Assembly: GCA_002440665.1 (NCBI GenBank)
Contig: DJUX01000005.1
Coordinates: forward strand, 78,846-142,845
Source of the DNA: Dechloromonas sp. UBA6271
GTDB taxonomy: Bacteria > Pseudomonadota > Gammaproteobacteria > Burkholderiales > Rhodocyclaceae
Length of the DNA: 64,000 bases
Reading direction: 5' to 3'
Below the pieces are notes generated by a model. That model made no database searches and had not been told where the DNA came from. It saw nothing but the letters and a program-made list of their open reading frames with translations. Shown here one piece after another: positions 28,294 to 35,483 of this stretch (position 1 is the stretch's first letter; each line of letters begins with the position of its first letter). The position numbers were made by a program, and so were the translations under genes.

Positions 28294-30180
28294 TTATTTT
28301 TCCTTGGCTTCCAGCGCCGCCTTGTTGATTTCGACCTTGTAGCGGCTGCGCAATGCAGCGAGGTAGCTCTGCACCTCTTCCTGCATTTCCAGGTTGGCCA
28401 ACTGGCCAAGCATCGCCTGCTTGCGGGCCTCATCGAGCGCCTCGCCGGCCTCCACCTTGTTCAGGCGGAACAGGGCGAAGCCGTTGCCCGGCAATTCGAC
28501 ACCGGCAAACGCCGGCAGCTTGGCGGTTTCCATGCCGAAGACGGTCGGCACGGCAGTCTGCGGGAGCGCTGCGTGATCGAGGCGGGAAACCCGCTTGACT
28601 GCGCCCCAGGCGAGCTTGTCTTCACCCTTCCTGAGCGCTTCCAGCCGCGCCTCGCCATCCTTGCGCGCCTGCGCCTGGGCTTCCTGGCGCTTGAGCATTG
28701 TCTCGATGGCCACCTTGACGCTTTCGAAGGGCTGCAGCGTCGCCGGCTTGTAGTCGAGGATACGCGCCGCGACCAGCGTGTTCGGCCCGATTTCGACGGC
28801 TTCGGTATTGCGCCGGTTCTTGACCGAGTCCTCGGAGAACAGTGCCGCCAGCAGCTTTTCGTTGGCCAGCGGGCCGCTCGCCGGGTTGGCCTGACGCCCC
28901 AGCCAGTCGGACTGCTTGATCGTCAGGCTGAACTTTTCCGCCGCCGGCTTCAGGCTGTCGGACTGCTCATAGACGATATTGCTGAAGGCTTCCGCCGCTT
29001 CGGCGAACTTGCGTGATGCCGCAGCCTTCTTCAGCTCGGCCTCGATTTCGCCCCTGACCTCGGCAAACGGCTTTTCCTTGGCGGCGTGAATGCCGGTCAG
29101 CTTGATGATGTGGAAGCCGAAATCGGATTCGACGATGCCGGAAATCTCGCCGTCCTTGAGCGCGAAGGTCGCGTCCTCGAACGGCTTGACCATCATGCCG
29201 CGTCCGAAGAAGCCGAGGTCGCCGCCCTTGGCCGCGGAACCCGGATCGTCTGAATTTTTCCTGGCCAAGTCGGCGAAGACAGCCGGGGTTTTCCGAATTT
29301 CCTTCAGCAGCTCTTCCGCCCTGGCTTTGGCCTTGTCTTTGCCAATTTTTTCCGAGGCGATCAGGATATGGCTGGCGCGCCGCTCTTCCGGCTGCTGGAA
29401 ACGTTCCTTGTGGCCGTCGAACCAGGCCTTGACCTCGGCTTCACTGACCGTCAGCTGGGCGCCGATGGTTTCCATCGACAGCACGACGAATTCGGCCCTG
29501 GCCTGCTCCGGCATCGCGAACTGCTTGCTGTTCTCGTCGTAGAACTTCTTCGCCGCGCCATCGACCAGCTTGACCTTGTCGAGGAAGGCGTCGAGGCCGA
29601 TGCGGTATTCCTGGACGTCGCGCTTTTCGGTCTGCATGGCCAGGATGCGGTCGCTGACCGTGCGCGCCATCAGGCCGGACTGGCCGACGGCGGTGGCCAG
29701 TTGCTGCAGGGTCAGATCCTGGCGCAGGCGGGCCTCGAAGCCGGCCGGCGTCATGCCTTGGGCCTTCAGTGCCACCTCGTAGCGTTCCGGCGAGAACTTG
29801 CCGTCAATCTTGAAGGCGTCAATCCCGCCGATGGTGCGGCGAATCGCCTCGTCGCTGGCGAAAAGCTTGCGCTTGCCGGCTTCCAGGGTCAGCAACTGCT
29901 GGTCGACGAGGTCGTCGAGAATCGCCTGGCGCGCTTGCGGCATATCCAGCATCTTGGGATCGAACTGCCCGCCCATCTGCGCCCGCAGACGTTCCTGCTG
30001 CTCGCGCAGCGCCTGCTGGAACTGCTGCTGGGTGATCTTGGCGTCGCCAATCCTGGCCACATCGTCGCCGGTACCGACGCTGCGCACGTAGGATTCGACA
30101 CCGAAGAAGGCGAATGGCAGCGTAATCAGTGCGAGAAAGACCTGGACGATCCTTTTATTGTTGCGAACTGCATCAAACAT
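28294..30180 (-). CDS. ppiD: Periplasmic chaperone / peptidyl-prolyl isomerase PpiD
   Basis: MFDAVRNNKRIVQVFLALITLPFAFFG (N-terminal anchor), SurA-like region, parvulin motif ..GGDLGFFGRGMMVKPFEDA..SDFGFHIIKL. Confidence 0.9.
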   Translation of the reverse strand: MFDAVRNNKRIVQVFLALITLPFAFFGVESYVRSVGTGDDVARIGDAKITQQQFQQALREQQERLRAQMGGQFDPKMLDMPQARQAILDDLVDQQLLTLEAGKRKLFASDEAIRRTIGGIDAFKIDGKFSPERYEVALKAQGMTPAGFEARLRQDLTLQQLATAVGQSGLMARTVSDRILAMQTEKRDVQEYRIGLDAFLDKVKLVDGAAKKFYDENSKQFAMPEQARAEFVVLSMETIGAQLTVSEAEVKAWFDGHKERFQQPEERRASHILIASEKIGKDKAKARAEELLKEIRKTPAVFADLARKNSDDPGSAAKGGDLGFFGRGMMVKPFEDATFALKDGEISGIVESDFGFHIIKLTGIHAAKEKPFAEVRGEIEAELKKAAASRKFAEAAEAFSNIVYEQSDSLKPAAEKFSLTIKQSDWLGRQANPASGPLANEKLLAALFSEDSVKNRRNTEAVEIGPNTLVAARILDYKPATLQPFESVKVAIETMLKRQEAQAQARKDGEARLEALRKGEDKLAWGAVKRVSRLDHAALPQTAVPTVFGMETAKLPAFAGVELPGNGFALFRLNKVEAGEALDEARKQAMLGQLANLEMQEEVQSYLAALRSRYKVEINKAALEAKEK

Positions 30181-30206
30181 GAGATGAACAACCCTTCAGA
30201 TACGTT

Positions 30207-30236
30207 CAAAACGGCGAACGCGGGTTCGCCAAAAAC
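30207..30236 (-). terminator. Rho-independent terminator after the MocR-type regulator gene
   Basis: The minus strand reads TTTTTGGCGAAC-ccgc-GTTCGCCGTTTTGAA. Confidence 0.7.
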
Positions 30237-30290
30237 GCTAATGATACCGTAGTTTCGCTGCCCCATATTTGATCGAGGCAGCATCACGAG

Positions 30291-31712
30291 CTATACCGCC
30301 GCGACCAATTGCCCCAGCCTGCGCACGGCATCCTCGATCTCCGGCGTATGCGGGTTGCCGCAGTTCAGGCGCAGGCAGTTGCGGTACATGCCGCTGGCCG
30401 AGAACAGTTCGCCGGGAACGAAGGCCAGCCCCTGTTGCACTGCCAGCCCATGCAGCGCGGTGGTATCGATGTCTTCCGGTAGCTCGACCCACAATACATA
30501 GCCGCCCTGTGGCTGGGTGATCCGGGTTTCCGCCGGAAAATGCCGGATCACGGCGTCGCACATGCATTCCACCTGGCGCTCGTAGCTGCGCCGCAAGCCA
30601 CGCAGATGACGTTCGTAGGCGCCGGATTCCAGGTATTCGGCGAGCACGTGCTGGGTCACCGGATTGGTGCCGCCGCTGGTGATCGTCTTCTGCAGGGCCA
30701 GCGCCGGCCGGTAGCGCCCGGCGGCGACGAAACCGATGCGCAGCGACGGCGACAGACTCTTGGAAAACGACGAGCAAAGCAGCACGTTGCCGGCCGTGTC
30801 GAAAGCCTTGATCGGCCACGGCCGCTGGCTGCCGAAATGCAGGTCGCCGTAGATGTCGTCCTCGATCACCGGGACCCCTCGTGCTGCGGTCAACGCCGCC
30901 AGCAGGCGCTTTTTGTCGTCGGGCATGACGCTGCCCAGCGGGTTACTGGCATTCGGCACCAGCAGGCAGGCGGCGACGCGGCCGTCGCGCGTCGCCAGTT
31001 CGAGCGCCTCGACCGAAACGCCGGTGCGCGGGTCGGTGGGGATTTCCAGCGCCTTGAGGCCCAGCGTTTCCAGCAACTGCAGCATCAGGTAATAGGCCGG
31101 CGATTCGACGGCGACTGTATCGCCCGGCTGCGTGACAGCACGCAGGCAGAGGCCGAGCGCTTCGGTGCACGAGTTGGTGATGACGATCTCGTCACCGGCC
31201 AGCGGCCCGCCCCAGGCCAGCGAGCGGCGCACCAGCTGGCGGACCAGGGCCGGCTCGTCCATGTTGATGTGGCTACCGCCTTCGAGCAGCTTCGGGTGGC
31301 GCCGCGCAACCCCGGCATAGAGGCGATGCAACGCCGCCACCGGCAGCAGCGAGGGTGCCGGCAAGGCGGCGGCCAGCGGCGCGACCCCCGGTTTCATGCC
31401 GGCCTGCAGCACGCGCACCAGGCGCTGCGTCACGTCAACCTGCACCGCCGCTTCGGGCGTCGAGCGCTGCGCCGGCTCGGCCCGCGCCAGCGGTGCCCGG
31501 CGCACGAAATAGCCGGATTGCGGCCGCGCTTCGACCAGCCCGCGGTCTTCGAGCTGGCGCAAGGCCTGCACCACCGTCGACACCGACAACCGCCGCTCCT
31601 CGGCCAGGCGCCGCACCGACGGCAGGCGATCGCCGTGGCGCAGCATCCCGCCGGCGATCATTCCCTCCAGGTCGGAGGCCAGTCTCTCGTAACGCAACAG
31701 TTCAGCCGTCAT
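30291..31712 (-). CDS. MocR/GabR/PdxR-type regulator: GntR wHTH fused to a PLP-dependent aminotransferase-like domain
   Basis: ..GDRLPSVRRLAEERRLSVSTVVQALRQLEDRGLVEARPQSGYFV (GntR HTH), then a fold-type-I aminotransferase body with ..CSSFSKSLSPSLRIG (PLP Lys). Confidence 0.88.
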   Translation of the reverse strand: MTAELLRYERLASDLEGMIAGGMLRHGDRLPSVRRLAEERRLSVSTVVQALRQLEDRGLVEARPQSGYFVRRAPLARAEPAQRSTPEAAVQVDVTQRLVRVLQAGMKPGVAPLAAALPAPSLLPVAALHRLYAGVARRHPKLLEGGSHINMDEPALVRQLVRRSLAWGGPLAGDEIVITNSCTEALGLCLRAVTQPGDTVAVESPAYYLMLQLLETLGLKALEIPTDPRTGVSVEALELATRDGRVAACLLVPNASNPLGSVMPDDKKRLLAALTAARGVPVIEDDIYGDLHFGSQRPWPIKAFDTAGNVLLCSSFSKSLSPSLRIGFVAAGRYRPALALQKTITSGGTNPVTQHVLAEYLESGAYERHLRGLRRSYERQVECMCDAVIRHFPAETRITQPQGGYVLWVELPEDIDTTALHGLAVQQGLAFVPGELFSASGMYRNCLRLNCGNPHTPEIEDAVRRLGQLVAAV

Positions 31713-31858
31713 CGATCACCAATACAGTTTGCAAGGCTGGCAACCAGCACAGTTTCAATTAGCGGGAACTGTGCCGGTCACAATTTAATTTCATTGCTAC
31801 TGTATCACCAAGGCGCCCGGACTTAAGCTTTCTCCCACAACAAATGCCGGAGAGAGCC

Positions 31859-32191
31859 ATGAAGATCGACGTCAGTTCAGGGGAAATCCGCCTCACCGAC
31901 AATTGCCCGATCAGCCTGCGTGGCGCGCGTGGCCTTAGTATCGCCTGCACCGCCGGAACGGTCTGGATCACTGTTGCCGACGAACCCGGCGATACCTTCC
32001 TGAGCGCAGGTCAAACGCATGTCGTGCAAGGCAACGGGCTGGCGATCGTCGAGAGTATCGGCAGCGGCAGCATCCGGATCGGCAAACCCGGCAAGCAGCC
32101 CGCTTCCCGGGCGTGGCTGGCTACGCTGCGTCGGCTCTTTGCTGGCGGACAACAGGCGATGCCGCGTCATGCGACGATGCTGCGTCCTTGA
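31859..32191 (+). CDS. DUF2917-like small protein (typical divergent partner of MocR regulators)
   Basis: ..RGARGLSIACTAGTVWITVADEPGDTFLSAGQTHVVQGNGLAIVESIG matches my recollection of the DUF2917 pattern (G.VWIT...D..L.AG). GGAGAG RBS before ATG 31859. Confidence 0.6.
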   Translation: MKIDVSSGEIRLTDNCPISLRGARGLSIACTAGTVWITVADEPGDTFLSAGQTHVVQGNGLAIVESIGSGSIRIGKPGKQPASRAWLATLRRLFAGGQQAMPRHATMLRP

Positions 32192-32573
32192 GCGCACGCC
32201 CGAGCATCAGGTCGAAATGAACGACATGCGACTCGAATTTTCGCTCCATGAACACCATGAGCGCCGGGATGTTGCAGACCCCCTTGTCTATCTCGGCGAT
32301 CTTGGCCCGGACGAAGGCGATGATCCGCGCATGTTCGCGGGCATGTTCCCCGAACGGAACGCCATGCTTCCGGGCCGCCTCTTCCTCCCATACGAAGTGC
32401 TGCGCCAGATCCTCGGCCAGCCCTGAAAGCAGTAGCAGGCCATCATCGCCATCATCGGAAACGGCTAGCAAGGCATTCTTGACCTTCTCCATTTCGTGAA
32501 ACAGATGGTCGTGCTGGGCATCCATTTCGCCGACGCCAGTCAGCAATTCGGTTGGAACGAGAACCTCGGCCAT
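32121..32573 (-). CDS. Bacteriohemerythrin
   Basis: MAEVLVPTELLTGVGEMDAQHDHLFHEM..LAQHFVWEEEAARKHG..HAREHARII..ESHVVHFDLML: the full set of H/E/D diiron ligands in hemerythrin order. Start ATG 32573 within ORF 32121..33131. Confidence 0.82.
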   Translation of the reverse strand: MAEVLVPTELLTGVGEMDAQHDHLFHEMEKVKNALLAVSDDGDDGLLLLSGLAEDLAQHFVWEEEAARKHGVPFGEHAREHARIIAFVRAKIAEIDKGVCNIPALMVFMERKFESHVVHFDLMLGRALKDAASSHDAASPVVRQQRADAA

Positions 32574-32712
32574 ATCACCCCCATCCGGTGTGGAATATAT
32601 CCTGCCTGTCAGACTAGCCGCGGGCGGCGACATTGTCCATAGCCGCGCGCCGGCAGGAGCATTTCGGCAAACCTGGCGGCACGCAGCTACTCGTGAAGCA
32701 GAACAACATGAG

Positions 32713-32731
32713 TACTGTACATTTATACAGT
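32713..32731. promoter_or_regulatory. LexA (SOS) box
   Basis: TACTGTACATTTATACAGT is a perfect CTGT-N8-ACAG palindrome with an AT-rich spacer. It lies 58 nt upstream of ATG 32790 and overlaps a TATACA -10-like hexamer. Confidence 0.75.
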
Positions 32732-32789
32732 TATCGATTAATCTGCACTCATGGACCACCCCATGACCCCAGCGACAGGAGCAGCAAAC

Positions 32790-32951
32790 ATGAAACGCAT
32801 CCAGAAATTGTTTGAACTGATTGCCGGCATTTCCCAGGAAGACCTCGAGCGCGAAGCACGCGCCCGGCAGATCTTCGCCGCCCGCAATCCCGACATCACC
32901 GCGCTGCAGAAGCCGGCCTGCTGGCGCCGCAAGCGCCGGATCGGCCACTGA
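32790..32951 (+). CDS. Small (53 aa) hypothetical protein downstream of the SOS box
   Basis: AGGAG lies 8 nt before ATG 32790. MKRIQKLFELIAGISQEDLEREARARQIFAARNPDITALQKPACWRRKRRIGH is helical with a basic tail. I recognise no family. Confidence 0.45.
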   Translation: MKRIQKLFELIAGISQEDLEREARARQIFAARNPDITALQKPACWRRKRRIGH

Positions 32952-33103
32952 TGATGACTGCCCTTCCCTGCACCGCCGCCTTCCACTGACGGGTGTGCCG
33001 GGCCGGATGCCTTGTCGCCAGCCGCGCCTGCGGCATAATGCAGCCTTGGCCGGAAACTTCAGCGGTTTCCACCGGCAGACAACCACCCGGAGAACACGAC
33101 AAC

Positions 33104-33451
33104 ATGGAGCGTATCGATATCGACGGCGCAATACGCTTGCACAACCAGTGGCGGCGCCAGTTCCTGAACGCCTTCGCCGGTGGCGCCTACGCCGAGATGC
33201 CCCTGTCGGAACACCGCGGCTGCACGCTGGCCAAGGCGCTGAGCGACGCCCGCGGGGACTACGCCGAATCCGCCGACTACAAGCAACTCGTCGCTATCCA
33301 CGACCGCTTCCACGCGCTTGCCAACGACATCGTCGACCTCAGCAACAACGGCCTTGGCGATTCCGCCGACCTGTTGCTGCCGGAACTGAACGAAGCATCG
33401 CACCAACTGGTCGGCCAGCTCGACAAGCTGCGGGAATACCGCCCGGCCTGA
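33104..33451 (+). CDS. CZB (chemoreceptor zinc-binding) domain protein, stand-alone
   Basis: ..AIRLHNQWRRQFLNAFAGG..PLSEHRGCTLAKAL..LVAIHDRFHALA.. fits the CZB H-x3-W..HxxC..H pattern. Confidence 0.65.
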   Translation: MERIDIDGAIRLHNQWRRQFLNAFAGGAYAEMPLSEHRGCTLAKALSDARGDYAESADYKQLVAIHDRFHALANDIVDLSNNGLGDSADLLLPELNEASHQLVGQLDKLREYRPA

Positions 33452-33462
33452 TTTCCCGGCCG

Positions 33463-33480
33463 CTTGCGGTCGACCGCATG
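33463..33480 (+). repeat. REP-like element copy: CTTGCGGTCGACCGCATG (perfect 14-bp palindrome TGCGGTCGACCGCA)
   Basis: Starts 12 nt after the CZB gene stop. Confidence 0.5.
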
Positions 33481-33488
33481 AAACAGGC

Positions 33489-33521
33489 AAAAATGGCGCC
33501 GACCGACTCGGCGCCATTTTT
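33489..33521. terminator. Bidirectional rho-independent terminator between the CZB gene and the TIR gene
   Basis: AAAAATGGCGCCGA-ccgac-TCGGCGCCATTTTT. Confidence 0.85.
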
Positions 33522-33544
33522 ATATCGGGGCGAATTCGGCGATC

Positions 33545-35308
33545 CTAGGGCAAGCGGTGGGCCACCAGCTCGAACACGTCCTTTTCGCTTTCGCTGTTGG
33601 CCACCGTCGAGACAACGCGCTGCATCCGCACATAGCGCTTGATTTCCGGGGCATACCAGATCACGTAGTTGACCCGTACCGGTTCCATCTGGGCTTCAGT
33701 CTGTGAACCGGTCCGATTGCGACTACTCCAGACCTCCACCTTGAAGGCGTTGAAGGTGCCGGCGGGCACGCTCACGGATTCCCGGCCGATCACCTCGGCC
33801 TTCGAATACCAGTTCGTCCATTGCGGGTTCAGATCGGGAGTCGGCAAACCGCTGAGCCGGCTCTGCCCGGCAAGGTCGACAAAGGCACCGAAGTAAGGGC
33901 TGAACTCCGGCCCGATCGCATTCCAGGCGATGAAATCGGGCTTATTGCCGCGTGCCCGGCGCACCTCGGCACCGCTCTCCGGCTCGATCAAGCGCAGTTC
34001 GTCTGTGACGAGATTGTCCGCGACCGACTGCGCGACGATCTCGTATCGCCGTTTCGGGCTGGTCGGCCACTTGCCCGAAGAACGATAAACCCAGCGCTCG
34101 CCTTTCACTGGCAGGCCGGAGGAAGCAGTAGCCGCCGGAGCGGGTGCTGCCGCCGGCGCCGCGGCCCTTGTCGGCGGCGCTTCGGCAGGAACGGGCACCA
34201 CCGCCAGTGTCTTGCGCGTGGTGGCACTGGCGTTACGGGCGGTCAGTGTGAAGGTCGTGGTGGCATCGACCTTGACCTCGATGCAGTCACTCGCGGCGTT
34301 GTCCAACTCGCCTGGGCGCGGCGAAAGGGTCAGGCTGTCGGCATTGCTGACCCGGTAGCACAGGCGGGTATGCGCAGCCCTCACGTCGGCCTTGAATTCG
34401 CGGATAACAGGCGGCGGCACGGCTGCCGGTACAGCTGGTGGTGGCGCGGCCGGTGCTGGCGTGGCTACCGGCTTGGCAACGGGTACGGGTACGGGTTCGA
34501 CTTTTACCGGTGCTGCAGGTTTGGCCGGGGCAACGCTGGTGGGGACGGATGGTGGCACGGCCGGAGTGACATCTTTCGGGCCAGGTGACACCGCGACTGC
34601 GGGCGCCTCAACAGCCTTGCCGACCGGCTGCTTCTCGGCGTCCGCCCCGGTATTGCGATCACCAGGAATCATCCACAAACCGGCGGCGATCAGCGCCACC
34701 ACGGCAACAACCGCCGGCAATGCCCAGCGGCGTGAATTGCCTTGGGTCGCCGCCGCATTGCCGGCCATGCTGGCGGCTGAAGCACCGACATTTGCCGCGT
34801 TCTGGTCGGCTGATGGCTGCTTGCTTGCCGCGGCATCCGCCGGTGATGTTTTAAGAATGCCTTCCAGCGTGCGGATCAGCTCGCCGGTGGAAGCCTCCCA
34901 TTGCTTGTGGTTGATTTCGATGGCCTGGCGCCGGGTGAGCGCTTTCAGTTCCTCGGGCAATTCGGCAGCGAGCGGCATGACCGCGCCCCCGACCAGTACC
35001 GGCACCACGCGAATCCCGCGCTTGAGGGCGGCGCCGGTTTCCAGGCGGATGAAGTCGTTGGGGTCGTCCAGCCGGCGCCGGCCGGCTGCGTCTACCGAGC
35101 TCGTCCATTCATCGCCGATGACGGCGATCAGCACGCGGCATGAACTCACCGCCTCTTCGATGGCATCCACGAAATCGAGGCCGGGTTCGATCCCTTCGAC
35201 ATCCATGAACACCCGCCCTGCACCGAAATGGGCGGCCAGGCGGTCGTACAGACGCCCGGCGTACCCCGCCGAATCGTCTCGTCGATAGCTGATGAAGATG
35301 CCGTCCAT
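33545..35308 (-). CDS. Single-pass membrane protein: N-terminal cytoplasmic TIR domain, TM helix, Pro/Ala-rich linker, periplasmic beta-rich domains
   Basis: MDGIFISYRRDDSAGYAGRLYDRL..VFMDVEGIEPGLDFVDAIEEAVSSCRVLIAVIG..NDFIRLETGAAL (TIR_2-type pattern including the conserved Glu). TM helix WALPAVVAVVALIAAGLWMI at aa 195-214. PAxP-rich aa 230-300. Two further domains at aa 301-373 and 400-587. Confidence 0.8.
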   Translation of the reverse strand: MDGIFISYRRDDSAGYAGRLYDRLAAHFGAGRVFMDVEGIEPGLDFVDAIEEAVSSCRVLIAVIGDEWTSSVDAAGRRRLDDPNDFIRLETGAALKRGIRVVPVLVGGAVMPLAAELPEELKALTRRQAIEINHKQWEASTGELIRTLEGILKTSPADAAASKQPSADQNAANVGASAASMAGNAAATQGNSRRWALPAVVAVVALIAAGLWMIPGDRNTGADAEKQPVGKAVEAPAVAVSPGPKDVTPAVPPSVPTSVAPAKPAAPVKVEPVPVPVAKPVATPAPAAPPPAVPAAVPPPVIREFKADVRAAHTRLCYRVSNADSLTLSPRPGELDNAASDCIEVKVDATTTFTLTARNASATTRKTLAVVPVPAEAPPTRAAAPAAAPAPAATASSGLPVKGERWVYRSSGKWPTSPKRRYEIVAQSVADNLVTDELRLIEPESGAEVRRARGNKPDFIAWNAIGPEFSPYFGAFVDLAGQSRLSGLPTPDLNPQWTNWYSKAEVIGRESVSVPAGTFNAFKVEVWSSRNRTGSQTEAQMEPVRVNYVIWYAPEIKRYVRMQRVVSTVANSESEKDVFELVAHRLP

Positions 35309-35483
35309 ACCAGACTGCCCCCTGTCATCACAGGCTGCCGATATCCGCTACAGGCTGCAGCGGTAGTACCTGGCGGCCATCATGAAACAGCGCCAGTCAC
35401 GGCGCAAGCTGATGACCTCTGTATAGAGGACGGCAATGCGACCCGGAAGTTCCCGCCGGGTTATGCAAATGGCGTCTGGCCGA

